Shown in pieces: positions 50,862 to 60,662 of a stretch of DNA of 64,000 nt. This DNA is from an uncultured Chloroflexia bacterium (GTDB lineage: Bacteria > Chloroflexota > Limnocylindria > Limnocylindrales > CSP1-4). The stretch lies in the NCBI GenBank assembly GCA_963752475.1, contig CAVVYR010000004.1:64001-128000 (forward strand). Reading direction: 5' to 3'. A program made the translations under genes and the position numbers. Below the pieces are notes generated by a model that searched no databases, was not told the DNA's origin, and saw only the letters and a list, made by a program, of their open reading frames with translations. Numbering within the stretch: position 1 is the stretch's first letter; each line of letters opens with the position of its first letter.

Positions 50862-51566
50862 CTAGAGGCGCTCGTCACCGGCCAGGATGTCGGCAGCCTC
50901 CTTCACCGACGAGCGGATCTTCGGCGTCACCGCGTCACGCCGTCCGTGAGCCGAGTCGTGTGCCAAGTCCTCGAGCCGACCCTCGATCTCGCGCATCTGG
51001 GCCAGCTGCCGCTCGCGCAGCTCGGACAACGTGCCGCGACCCGAGTCGGCCGCGGCAGCCAGCACATGGCCCAGGTGCGCCAGGCACCACGGAGCCCTGG
51101 TGACCCACTCGCGCCAGACGTCGTCACTGCGCGCGAGATCGACCAACCGCTTGGCCGCTGCCGCGGCCAGGGTCAGCTCGTTCTCGCAGACCGGACAGTC
51201 CCACGCCGTCCGAGTAGCGTCACGGATCCGCTTGGCGGCCCGGAAGCCACCAGCGCCCTCGAGCCCTCGCCGTCGAGCGGCCAGCTGGGAGCGCAGGAAG
51301 ATGCCGCCACCGACACCGTCACCATTGCCCGCGGTATCGGCCACCACGGCGGCGCGGACGTGCCGCCCGCAGAACCCGCCGCCAGCGAGGAAGCGGTCCC
51401 GGTAGGCCCGATCGGTGGTGTGCTGGTAGAGGAGCGAGTCGAGGTACTGCGGCGCGACGCAGGACACGTGCGCACACATCGGACAGCCCGGTCCGGTGAT
51501 GGCGTCGACGAGCCCGTCGTCGCCCATCGACCGCGCACGTGGCCGCTCGCGACGCTCTGCTTCCAT
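50862..51566 (-). CDS. DUF6062-like duplicated Cys/His (zinc-binding) protein
   Basis: GCPMC..GFCGRH and CPVC..WCLAH. Confidence 0.65.
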   Translation of the reverse strand: MEAERRERPRARSMGDDGLVDAITGPGCPMCAHVSCVAPQYLDSLLYQHTTDRAYRDRFLAGGGFCGRHVRAAVVADTAGNGDGVGGGIFLRSQLAARRRGLEGAGGFRAAKRIRDATRTAWDCPVCENELTLAAAAAKRLVDLARSDDVWREWVTRAPWCLAHLGHVLAAAADSGRGTLSELRERQLAQMREIEGRLEDLAHDSAHGRRDAVTPKIRSSVKEAADILAGDERL

Positions 51567-51620
51567 GGTTCCGCAGTCTAGGGCCAGGCCGCGGGTGGGG
51601 CCCAGGCCTCGCCCCTGCCG

Positions 51621-52672
51621 CTACTCGGTGACGATGAAGTCGCCCTGCATGGTGTAGTAGTGGCCCGGGACGGTGCAGGCGAAGCGGATATCGGTCAGAT
51701 CCTCGGGCACGACCCACTCGAGTTCCTGAACGCCGAGGTTCCAGTCCGGGATGCCCACGTCGGTGACGCCACCCATCACCTGCAGCTCATCGTCGCTGCC
51801 GATGTAGAGGTTATGCGGGAAGCCGGCGGTGTTGTCGACGCGGAAGATGACCGTCTCGCCTGGCGTGACCTCCAGCTCGCGGATCTGCTCCCCGCCCTGG
51901 AGGAAGCGGATGGCTGCGTCGGCCTCGAGCTCGATGACCCGGGCTTCGCCGCTCGGCTCCGCAGGCTCGGCCGGCTCGTCTGGTTCGGCGGGCTCGGCGG
52001 GCTCCTCGGGCTCGGCGGGCTCGGCTCGCGGGCTCGGCCGGCTCCTCGGGCTCGGCCGGTTCCGCGGGCTCGGCGGGTTCCTCGGGCTCGGCCGGCGCGC
52101 CATCGGCGACCGAGAACGTGCCCGACATCGTGTAGTAGTGGCCGGGGACGGTACAGGCGAACTTCAAGTCGGTCAGATCCTCGGGTACGACCCACTCGAG
52201 TTCCTGGACGCCCGTCGACCAGTCGGCGATGCCGATATCGGTCGTGGCTGAGGGTACCGACAGCTCCGCGTCCGTGCCGATCCAGAAGTTGTGCCCGAAG
52301 CCGGCGGTATTGTCGATGCGGAAGATGACGGTCTCGCCGGGCGTGACGGGGATGTCGGGAACGGGCTGACCGCTGGCGTCGGTGAAGCGCAACGCGCTGT
52401 CAGCCTGCAGGTCGATGACCCGGGCCTCTCCGCTCGGCTCGATGGGCTCGGCCGGCTCTTCGGGTGCCGTGGGCTCGGCCGGCTCTTCGGGCGCCGTGGG
52501 TCTCGGCGGGCTCCTCGGGCTCGGTCGGCTCGGCGGGCTCGGTCGGCGTGTCGGCGAGATCCGAACCGTTGTCGGGTGCGGGTGTCCAACTGCTATCCGA
52601 ACCACTCGAACAGGCAGCCAGCACGAAGGCAAGGGCGAACAGGGCCACGACGACCCTTGGGAGACTCTTCAT
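51621..52672 (-). CDS. lipoprotein with two cupredoxin (type 1 copper) domains and EPAEP linkers; frameshifts in the linkers
   Basis: lipobox LAAC; twice HN..FACTVPGHYYTM. Confidence 0.8.
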
Positions 52673-52687
52673 AGAGTGGATGCTAGA

Positions 52688-55600
52688 TCAGTCGGCGGAA
52701 TTGGATGTCGCCGACTCGGAGGTGCCCTCCGGCACCAGGCCCTGGCGGATGGCCACGCCCGCTGCCTCGGTCCGGCTGGAGACCCCGAGCTTGGCCAGGA
52801 TCCGTCGCACATGGACGTGCACCGTGCGCTCGCTGATGAAGAGGCGAGAGGCGATGTCGCGGTCGGTGCGACCCTCGGCGAGGATGTTGAGCACCTCGCT
52901 CTCGCGGGGACTGAGGCCGTAGGTCTGGGCCGGGCCCTTGCGCAGTGAGGCGATGACCTGCTCATCGATAGCGCGGGCGATGTCCGGACTTCCGGCGCCG
53001 CTCGTCCCTGGTCCCACCGCGACGGCCTCCGGCTGACCGGGACCCACGGCCACGACCTCCATCTCGCCATCGGGCTCAGGCAGCGTCACGCGGGCTCGCT
53101 TGCCCAGGTCGACGACGGCTCCCAGCAGTGGCCGTGCGCCCAATCGGCGGGCCAGCAGGTAGGCCTCTGCGAGCGGTGCGCGCGCCTCGATGCGAGCAGA
53201 CTCGCGGTCGTCCTCGGGGGCCGCGGCGAGGATCGCGAGGGCCTGCCACCAACGCGCCTTGGCTTCGCGATAGGGCATCTTCCGCCAGCCCCAGGCCTCG
53301 GCGATCGAGGCCCATGTCTCGGGTTCGGACGTGCCACGGACCCTGTCAGCATGCGCGCGTGCCGTCCTGAGCTTGAGCTCGGCCTCGTGGCGCGCTCCGA
53401 GCTCCGGCCCGAACGACGAACGCTGGATCTGCTCCTGCGCCTCAGGGATGACCTGCTCGACGAGGGCGCGGGCGCGGGCGATGAGGCCGGCGTCGTTGGA
53501 GGCGCGACCATGCTCCGCGGCCGCGGCGGCTGCCTCCGCACAGGTGGATGCGGCCCAGGCGACGTCGTCGAGCTCCTCCGTCTCGAGCGCGCGCGGCCAC
53601 TCGCGCTCGGCCACCGACAAGGCGCCCTCGGGATCGTCCGACCACAACGCCAGGCTGACCACCGCACGCAGCTTGGTCGAGGTCCACTGCCCGGAGGGAA
53701 CGGTCTCGAGGCTCAAGACGCCCTGGCCGACCTCGCTCGAGGCTTCGGCGTCGGCGCGGGACTCGGTCAGGATCAGGCCCAGCACCAGGTGCGGCCACCA
53801 CGCGGCCTCCTGGGCACCCCAGTCCATGGCCGTTCGCACCTCCGCCTCGGCTTCCTCCCAGCGACCGAGCTGGAAGAGGACATCAGCAGCGTTGATGCGG
53901 AGGAAGGCGCCGTATGAGACCGCCAGGCCACCCACGGCGGCGTCCTCCAGGAACTGGTGCGTGGCCTCCACGGCCTCCTCACGACGTGAGTCGAGGTCCA
54001 GCAGCGTCGTGCGGTTGGCAGCCACGCGCATGAGATCGTCGAGGCGACCGGCCTTGCGCGCGATGTCTGATGACTCGGTCAGGAGCTTCAGGCCACGCTC
54101 GAGGTCGCCGAGGTAGGCCACGTCCATGGCCAGCGTGCAGGTGGCATGGCCGTACTCGGCGATCGATCGTTCGTCCGGCGCATCGGCAGCCTTGGCGATG
54201 GTTCTCGCCAGCTCGGCGTACTCCGAGCTCTCCTTGAACCGCCCGGCGATCATCAGATGCTGCGCCAGGGCTGCCAAGGCACGGGCGCGGATCCGGCTCG
54301 GTGTGTCGGGGATGACGCCGAGGGCCCGCTCCATCGACTCGATGGCGCCGGAGAGCTCGCCGGCGTGCCACTGGTAACGACCAAGATCGGCGATCATCTC
54401 GCCCAGCACGGCGCGGGAGGCATCGTCGCGGGCGCCACGATCGGCCGAGGCCCGACGTGCGGCGCGGCTGTCGATGGCTTGGCGCTGCAAGGCGACAGCG
54501 TGGCGATAGCGGCCCGCGACCGCAGATGCTGCGGCAGCGCCGGCGAGCACACTCACGCGCATCTCGGGCGTGACCTCACCTTCCCACGGCAGTTCCAGGG
54601 CCGCCTCGTAGTGCAGCAGGACCGACTCAGCCGGGTCGAGCTGCATGGCTTCGGTAGCGGCACGCACGTGCGCATCGCGAGCTTCGTGCGGACGGGCTGC
54701 CACATTCCAGAACCAGGCGGCCACCGCCGGCGCCACCTCCAGCTGCTCGGCCAGGGCGGCGGCCATGGCCTGCCGTTCAAGGGTCAGTTCCAACGCCTCC
54801 ACGGCTTCGGCACAGAGGACATGGGAGATGGCCAGGCGCTCGCCCACCTCGACGATGAAGCCGCTCTTGATGGCGTCGTCTACGGCGCGGCTCGTCAGGC
54901 GGCCTCCCGGCGGGTCCAGGCCCAGGATGGTGGAGCGTCGAAGCGGACCGCGGGCGATGGCCATGATGCGCACGGCCCGGGCGGCGTCGCGACCCATGGC
55001 TTCGAGGTGTGCGCTACAAAGCTGGTCGAAGGTGTCAGAGAGCCGCACGCCCTCCAGCACCCTCACGCCCTGGGCCAGGCTGAGGGCGACGAGCGCGTTG
55101 CCACGGGCACCTTCGACGATGGCCGTGAGCACGCTGGCCGAGGGCCGCTCCCCGAGCGCGTCGGTCACGAGCTGGCCGATGGCCTTGTTCTCGAGCGGCC
55201 CCAGCTCAAGGCGCTGGACATCGGGCTCGCGCACCAGTTGCTCGGCCAGCTCGCGCATCGGATGGCGCCGGTGGAGTTCGTCGGGCTGATAGGAGATGAC
55301 CAGGCAGACGGGCAGGTCACGGCCGACACCGTCGAGCGCTTCGATGAGACCGCGGGTGGCTGGGTCGGCGAAGTGGAGGTCCTCGAGCATGAGCAACAGC
55401 ACGCCGTCACCGGCGAGCCGGCGCAACGTACCCAGGATCGACTCCAGCACGCGCCGGCCGAGCTGATCGGGGGCGATGAGCGCCGGAGCTTCGTGGGGGA
55501 TGCCCAGGCCGTCGAGTCGTTCAGCGAGCGAAGGGACGAGGACACACTGGTCATGGCCGACCCTGCCGACGACATCCGCCAGCCGCTCGTCGGGGACTTG

Positions 55601-55849
55601 GCCGAGGGCTTCCTCGAGCGCTTCCGACATGGCATGGTAGGGCACGCCCTGGGCAGGTTCGTACGCCCGGCCGCGGCAGGCGAGGACGCCCGGCACGTTC
55701 GAGACACGGGTCGAAAGCTCGTCGAGGAGACGCGAGCAGCCGATACCGGCCGGCCCGGTGAGCACGACTCGACCGAGCCGCCCCTCCGCGACTCGACGTA
55801 CGGCCTCGGCCAGCTGGGCCAACTCGCGCTCTCGGCCCAAGAACGCCAT
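52688..55849 (-). CDS. AAA ATPase - LuxR HTH transcriptional regulator (LAL/MalT-like)
   Basis: FLGRERE; GPAGIGCS (degenerate Walker A, K>C); LEDLHFAD; C-terminal LSPRESEVL..TVHVHVRRILAKL. Confidence 0.88.
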   Translation of the reverse strand: MAFLGRERELAQLAEAVRRVAEGRLGRVVLTGPAGIGCSRLLDELSTRVSNVPGVLACRGRAYEPAQGVPYHAMSEALEEALGQVPDERLADVVGRVGHDQCVLVPSLAERLDGLGIPHEAPALIAPDQLGRRVLESILGTLRRLAGDGVLLLMLEDLHFADPATRGLIEALDGVGRDLPVCLVISYQPDELHRRHPMRELAEQLVREPDVQRLELGPLENKAIGQLVTDALGERPSASVLTAIVEGARGNALVALSLAQGVRVLEGVRLSDTFDQLCSAHLEAMGRDAARAVRIMAIARGPLRRSTILGLDPPGGRLTSRAVDDAIKSGFIVEVGERLAISHVLCAEAVEALELTLERQAMAAALAEQLEVAPAVAAWFWNVAARPHEARDAHVRAATEAMQLDPAESVLLHYEAALELPWEGEVTPEMRVSVLAGAAAASAVAGRYRHAVALQRQAIDSRAARRASADRGARDDASRAVLGEMIADLGRYQWHAGELSGAIESMERALGVIPDTPSRIRARALAALAQHLMIAGRFKESSEYAELARTIAKAADAPDERSIAEYGHATCTLAMDVAYLGDLERGLKLLTESSDIARKAGRLDDLMRVAANRTTLLDLDSRREEAVEATHQFLEDAAVGGLAVSYGAFLRINAADVLFQLGRWEEAEAEVRTAMDWGAQEAAWWPHLVLGLILTESRADAEASSEVGQGVLSLETVPSGQWTSTKLRAVVSLALWSDDPEGALSVAEREWPRALETEELDDVAWAASTCAEAAAAAAEHGRASNDAGLIARARALVEQVIPEAQEQIQRSSFGPELGARHEAELKLRTARAHADRVRGTSEPETWASIAEAWGWRKMPYREAKARWWQALAILAAAPEDDRESARIEARAPLAEAYLLARRLGARPLLGAVVDLGKRARVTLPEPDGEMEVVAVGPGQPEAVAVGPGTSGAGSPDIARAIDEQVIASLRKGPAQTYGLSPRESEVLNILAEGRTDRDIASRLFISERTVHVHVRRILAKLGVSSRTEAAGVAIRQGLVPEGTSESATSNSAD

Positions 55850-55910
55850 AGGCCAGAAGCATAGACGCCTCGCGCCACGGCCTGACGTCCCGTGCCACAT
55901 ACTTCCGCAC

Positions 55911-56795
55911 GTGCCGGTGCATCCCAACAACACACTCAACGAGCTGAGTGGCGACGAATGGCTCTACTTCACCAAGTCCCTGCTGACGACGGCCTATCCG
56001 TCGGAGCTCGGCCATGGCGATCGCAAGGCCCACGGCGCCAACAAGCCGCCGCGCCTGATGGCGCGGCTCATCGAGTTCTTCACCAAGGGCGGTGAGCTGG
56101 TGCTCGATCCATTCGCCGGGGTGGGCGGGACGCTGCTGGGTGCCGCCATCGCGCGCACGCCGCGCCGGGCCATCGGCTTCGAGATCGAGCCACGCTGGGC
56201 CACGGTCTACGACGCGGTCGTGGCGGCCGCCTCTGCCGAGGGCGTCGAGCTGCGCGACCTGGGCGATGCCGATCCCGGCGGCGTTCGGAGGTTCGACCCC
56301 TCGGGCTCCGAGCTGCGCATCGGCGACGCGCTCGAGCTCATCACCGAGCTCGACGACGACACGGTGGACATGATCGCGACCGACCCGCCGTACAACCCAC
56401 AGCTGAAGATCACGATGTCCGGCGGTGAGCTGGCCAAGGACCACGCCAACCGACGCACCGACTACGCCATGGTCACCGACGATCCGGCCGACTTCGCCAA
56501 CAGCCGGTCATACGGGCAATACCTCGAGCGCATGGGGAGGCTCTTCGGGGAGCTGGCCCGCGTGCTGCGGCCCAAGGGCTACGCGGTGGTCATCGTGCGC
56601 GATGCCTACCAGGACGGGGCCTACCGCTTCGTGTCCGCGGACCTCGCGGCTCGAGCCTCGGCGCACGCGTTCGTGCCCAAGGGCGACCTCATCTGGTACC
56701 AGGCCGGGACACGGCTTCGTCCGTACGGGTATCCCCATGCGTTCGTGCCCAACATCGTGCACCAGCACATCCTGGTCCTGCGCAACGGGAACTAG
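55911..56795 (+). CDS. orphan N4/N6 DNA methyltransferase
   Basis: VLDPFAGVGGT motif I followed by TDPPY motif IV. Confidence 0.8.
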   Translation: MPVHPNNTLNELSGDEWLYFTKSLLTTAYPSELGHGDRKAHGANKPPRLMARLIEFFTKGGELVLDPFAGVGGTLLGAAIARTPRRAIGFEIEPRWATVYDAVVAAASAEGVELRDLGDADPGGVRRFDPSGSELRIGDALELITELDDDTVDMIATDPPYNPQLKITMSGGELAKDHANRRTDYAMVTDDPADFANSRSYGQYLERMGRLFGELARVLRPKGYAVVIVRDAYQDGAYRFVSADLAARASAHAFVPKGDLIWYQAGTRLRPYGYPHAFVPNIVHQHILVLRNGN

Positions 56796-56849
56796 GCCGG
56801 CTCGCTCGCTTGCACCGGCTGCAAGCCGTGAAGGACCCCGGCCTGGCGG

Positions 56850-57989
56850 CTACTTGTCGAGGAGGCGGTTCCTCAGGGCGTCGTCGCCGGCGGCCTCGAT
56901 GACCGTGTAGGCCATGCCCAGCGCGCCGTCGAAGATGGCCTGGTCAGCCGATGGGGTGGCGCAGGCGTCAGCGAACTCCTTCTGGTGGTTCACCGCGCCA
57001 TGCGTCTCGATACCCAGCATGGGATGGATCGAAGGCACCTCGTACGAGATATTGCCCATGTCCGTCGACACCGGAGGGGCCTCGGGCTCGAACTCCCGTC
57101 CCAGCGACTGGGCGTGCTTCTGATAGATGGCCGCCAGCTCGGAGTCGTGGCGCATGTCCTTGTAGGCCACGTCCTTCTCGAACTCCAGCGTGGCGCCGGT
57201 CGCCAGCGCACCGGCCTCGAAGATGCGCACGACCTGGGCTGTCAGCTCCTCGAGGCGATCCGCGGACGAAGCGCGGACCATGTACTCGGCCGTCGTACGC
57301 TCAGGGATGATGTTGGCCGCGTCGCCGCCCTTGGTCACGAAGCCATGGACGCGGTCGGTGGGCAGGAGCTGCTGACGCATGAGGCCGATGGCGGTCTGGG
57401 CCACCACCAGCGCATCTGCCGCGTTGATGCCCTGCCACGGGAAGCCGGAAGCGTGCGCAGCGCGACCGACGTAGGTCACCTTCAGCTGTTGCACCGCGAT
57501 GATGTCGGGCTCGGCCACGTCGGTCGGGAACGGGTGGACCATCATCGAGGCGTGGACGTCCTCGAAGAAGCCGGCGTCGATGAACTGGATCTTGCCGCCG
57601 CCACCCTCCTCCGCGGGCGTGCCGATGACGCTGACCCTGAGGCCCAACTCATCGGCCACCGGCTGGAGCGCGAGGGCGGCCCCGAGCGTGGCGGTGCAGA
57701 TGACGTTGTGGCCACAAGCGTGGCCCACGGTCGGCAGCGCGTCGTACTCGGCGCAGATGGCGACGTGGAGCGGGCCCGGACCGGTCGAGGCCACGAAGGC
57801 CGTGGGCATATCGCCGAAACCGCGCCGGACGTCGAAACCGGCGGTCTCGAGGACGTCGGTCAACCACTCGGCGGCCTGGACCTCCTCGTAGCCCAGCTCG
57901 GGGTTCTCATAGATGCGGTGCGAGAGCTCGACGAGACCAGGATGGGCAGCCTCGAGTGCCGCTCGCGCCGTAGCGTTGGCGTCTGTCAT
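56850..57989 (-). CDS. M20 family amidohydrolase
   Basis: NPELGYEE, EYDALP, HACGHN, TPAEEGGGGK, STDMGN. Confidence 0.92.
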   Translation of the reverse strand: MTDANATARAALEAAHPGLVELSHRIYENPELGYEEVQAAEWLTDVLETAGFDVRRGFGDMPTAFVASTGPGPLHVAICAEYDALPTVGHACGHNVICTATLGAALALQPVADELGLRVSVIGTPAEEGGGGKIQFIDAGFFEDVHASMMVHPFPTDVAEPDIIAVQQLKVTYVGRAAHASGFPWQGINAADALVVAQTAIGLMRQQLLPTDRVHGFVTKGGDAANIIPERTTAEYMVRASSADRLEELTAQVVRIFEAGALATGATLEFEKDVAYKDMRHDSELAAIYQKHAQSLGREFEPEAPPVSTDMGNISYEVPSIHPMLGIETHGAVNHQKEFADACATPSADQAIFDGALGMAYTVIEAAGDDALRNRLLDK

Positions 57990-58040
57990 GTGCTCGAGTC
58001 TACGCCGGGCGCAGGGTCTCGGTTCGACGGGGCCTGAGGG

Positions 58041-58859
58041 CTAGAAGCCGGTCGTTCCCTTGCTCTCGCCCTTGCCGCTGGCGGTGCTGGACTTGGTGCC
58101 TGAGTAGCCGTAGCCACGGGTGGTCGTGGTCGTACGCGGGGCCACCACGCGGGTGCTCTCGGCCTTCAGCGTGTCGACGACCGAAGAGCGGACGGCGTCG
58201 GCGCTGCCCGACTCACCGGCCGTGCTCGACCCGACGGCCGAGGCAGGCTTGACGTTCGGTGCCGGTGCTGGCTTGGCAGCTGGGGCGGCGGGCGCGGCGG
58301 GCCTGCGAGGCTCGTCCGTGTCGCCACGTAGCGAGGCCGTGCCGCGGATGGTCTCGGCCGCGTCCTTGGGGGCTTCGGTGAGCATGTGCATCTCGCCCTC
58401 CACCGATGCGCCCTCGTGGAGCATCAACTTGAAGGTCTCGACACGGCCGGAGATGCGGCCACTGGCGCGGGCCTCCAGGCGTTCACGGCAGGTGAGGTTG
58501 CCGGTGAACTCGCCGGCGATGATGGCCTCGTCCACGATGACGTCGGCGTCAACCGTGGCGCCATCCTCGATGCGGATCTGGACGGCTTCGATACGGCCCT
58601 TGACGGAACCCTTGACCACGACCGTGCCGCGAGAGGTGAAGGTGCCCTCGAGGTGATCGTCGACCGCGACGACCGAGTCATCCGGACCCGGAGCGTCATC
58701 GGCCACGACAGGCTCTGTCTCGGGTGCCATCGGGGTGGCAGGAACGGTCGGGGTGTAGCCCGGCATCACCGGCTTGGCCGGCTGTGGCGGCAGCTCACGC
58801 ATGCCGGCAGGCGCGTCGGGCTGGTCGGCAGCTGGCTTGTCCCCGGACTGACTGAACAT
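58041..58859 (-). CDS. bactofilin (polymer-forming cytoskeletal protein)
   Basis: GGAGG RBS; central beta-helix G.V.G.I repeats flanked by low-complexity tails. Confidence 0.85.
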   Translation of the reverse strand: MFSQSGDKPAADQPDAPAGMRELPPQPAKPVMPGYTPTVPATPMAPETEPVVADDAPGPDDSVVAVDDHLEGTFTSRGTVVVKGSVKGRIEAVQIRIEDGATVDADVIVDEAIIAGEFTGNLTCRERLEARASGRISGRVETFKLMLHEGASVEGEMHMLTEAPKDAAETIRGTASLRGDTDEPRRPAAPAAPAAKPAPAPNVKPASAVGSSTAGESGSADAVRSSVVDTLKAESTRVVAPRTTTTTRGYGYSGTKSSTASGKGESKGTTGF

Positions 58860-59159
58860 GGTTCCTCCAAGACGATCGGACGGCCAAGTGTAGGTCCGCG
58901 AATCGCTGATTCCGGTCGGCCACTCGGCCGCGGAACCCCTTCTGGTGCACGAAGGCCACACTTCTGGTCCGTGACTACACCCTGCCACTCAGGAGCGCCA
59001 ACGCGAATGGGACGATTGGCCCACTGACCGCCCGGGACCACCTGCGAAGGCGCGGACGGTGCCCTGTCGTACGAATCGGACGATGTCCGCCTGCTCGTGC
59101 GCTGCTAGGCTGACGTGGTTGGGGGAGATTTCTGCACGCCACATAGAGAGGGAACACGA

Positions 59160-59663
59160 ATGAAACGACCGATCGGGGTCATGCTGCTGGCGGCCGGTGC
59201 CGGCCTTGCGGCGCTCTATCAGATCTATCTGATGCTTGTCTACATGGGCATCGTCAACTTCAGCATCGTCGGGCAGGACGTCGCCTTCCCCGAAGCCCAG
59301 TGGGGCGCCGCATTGTGGTCGCTGCTCATCGCGGCCATCTGGGCCTGGGTTGCTATCGGCTTCTGGAACGTGCGAGCCTACGCCGTCCAATTCGGCCTGT
59401 TCATCAGCCTCTTCACGCTGATCTGGGGCTTCTTCGCGCTCCTCTTCGGCAACACCTACGAGGCGCAGACGATCCCCTGGCTGCTGGCCGGCGCGATCTA
59501 CCTGTACCTGAGCTACCCGGGAGTGCAGCAGCACTTCGTCGAGAACGAGCGTGCGCAGCTGACACAGGAACAGCTTGACGCCATCGATGCCCTCGAGCAG
59601 GCCAACGCCAAGGCCGCCAAGCAGAAGGCGCCGGGCATGGGCGGAGACCAGCAGGACTCCTAG
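59160..59663 (+). CDS. 4-TM membrane protein
   Basis: KRPIGV start; four hydrophobic segments; YL..PGV..F. Confidence 0.7.
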   Translation: MKRPIGVMLLAAGAGLAALYQIYLMLVYMGIVNFSIVGQDVAFPEAQWGAALWSLLIAAIWAWVAIGFWNVRAYAVQFGLFISLFTLIWGFFALLFGNTYEAQTIPWLLAGAIYLYLSYPGVQQHFVENERAQLTQEQLDAIDALEQANAKAAKQKAPGMGGDQQDS

Positions 59664-59697
59664 TCGCCCGCGGCCAGATTGCCGCACCGAACGTCAC

Positions 59698-59731
59698 GAC
59701 GCCCGTCAGGCCCTGAGGCCCGGCGGGCGTC
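59698..59731. terminator. hairpin between convergent genes
   Basis: GACGCCCG..GGCC-CTGA-GGCC..CGGGCGTC. Confidence 0.6.
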
Positions 59732-59744
59732 TTCGATCCTGGGC

Positions 59745-60581
59745 CTAGCCGCCGAGAGCCTTGATCATCACCTTGAGGGGCGCCTTCTCGCCGGTCCAGG
59801 CCTCGAAGCCCGCGGCACCCTGACGAGCAAGCATGCCCAGCCCGTCGAGCGTCCGGTGCCCACCAGCGGCAGCGATGCGCAGGAAGGCCGACTCCGACGT
59901 CTCGGGGTTGAGATCGCAGACGACGGTGTCGGTCGAGAGCGCGGACAGGTCGACATCGACGTGCGCCTCAGCGGCAGCACCTGAGCCCATCCCCACGGGC
60001 GTACAGTCGACCAGCACGTCGCAGGGCGGCACGGCCAGCGTGCCTTCCCATGGCAAGGCCACCGCCTCCACCTCCGTCTTGGTGTCGAGGATCCCGACCA
60101 ACTCTTCGCGATGCGGCGCGGTCCGGTTGGCGATGGTCACCCGCTTGGCCCCAGCCAGCGCCAGTGACACCGCCACCGCACGGGCGGCTCCACCGGCACC
60201 GAGGATGACGACATCGAGCCCAGCCGGGTCGTACCCAGAGTCCCGGATGGACCAGACGAAGCCCGAGCCGTCGGTGTTGGAGCCGATGAGACGGCCACCC
60301 GGCCCCCGCACGACGGTGTTGCAGGCGCCGCTGATCTGGGCCGAGGGCTCAAGTTCGTCGAGCAGCGGGATGACCGCGATCTTGTGCGGGATGGTGCAGT
60401 TGAAGCCGCCGAACTCGAAGAGCCGTGCCGCGTCCACGGCCGCCTCGAGGTCCTCGGCGCGCACACGGATGTCGAGGTAGCGCCAATCGAGCCGGGCGTG
60501 CTCGAAGGCCGCGTTCTGCATGATCGAGGTCGGGTTGCCCTCGACTGGATCGCCAAAGACGGCGACGTACTGTGTGGTCAT
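59745..60581 (-). CDS. aroE: shikimate/quinate dehydrogenase family
   Basis: NCTIPHK, GACNT, NTDG, GAGGAARA, DGLGML..Q. Confidence 0.85.
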   Translation of the reverse strand: MTTQYVAVFGDPVEGNPTSIMQNAAFEHARLDWRYLDIRVRAEDLEAAVDAARLFEFGGFNCTIPHKIAVIPLLDELEPSAQISGACNTVVRGPGGRLIGSNTDGSGFVWSIRDSGYDPAGLDVVILGAGGAARAVAVSLALAGAKRVTIANRTAPHREELVGILDTKTEVEAVALPWEGTLAVPPCDVLVDCTPVGMGSGAAAEAHVDVDLSALSTDTVVCDLNPETSESAFLRIAAAGGHRTLDGLGMLARQGAAGFEAWTGEKAPLKVMIKALGG

Positions 60582-60662
60582 CGGTCGATGCTCCTCCTCG
60601 TGAGCCAGCGGTCGTGGCACCACCCTACGACGGCGCCGCGCCGCGCGTATCCTCGATTCACT

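Noticed and set aside
51950-52550. GGCTCGGC-rich repeats as a non-coding repeat element
   Set aside because: They encode the EPAEP linkers of the cupredoxin lipoprotein.
58870-59100. Possible ncRNA/riboswitch in the bactofilin intergenic region
   Set aside because: Only short GC hairpins; no recognisable conserved RNA motif.
59105-59115. CTAGGCTGACG as a third copy of the hairpin element
   Set aside because: Only 11 bp match with no partner inverted repeat; more simply a TAGGCT -10 element for the downstream gene.
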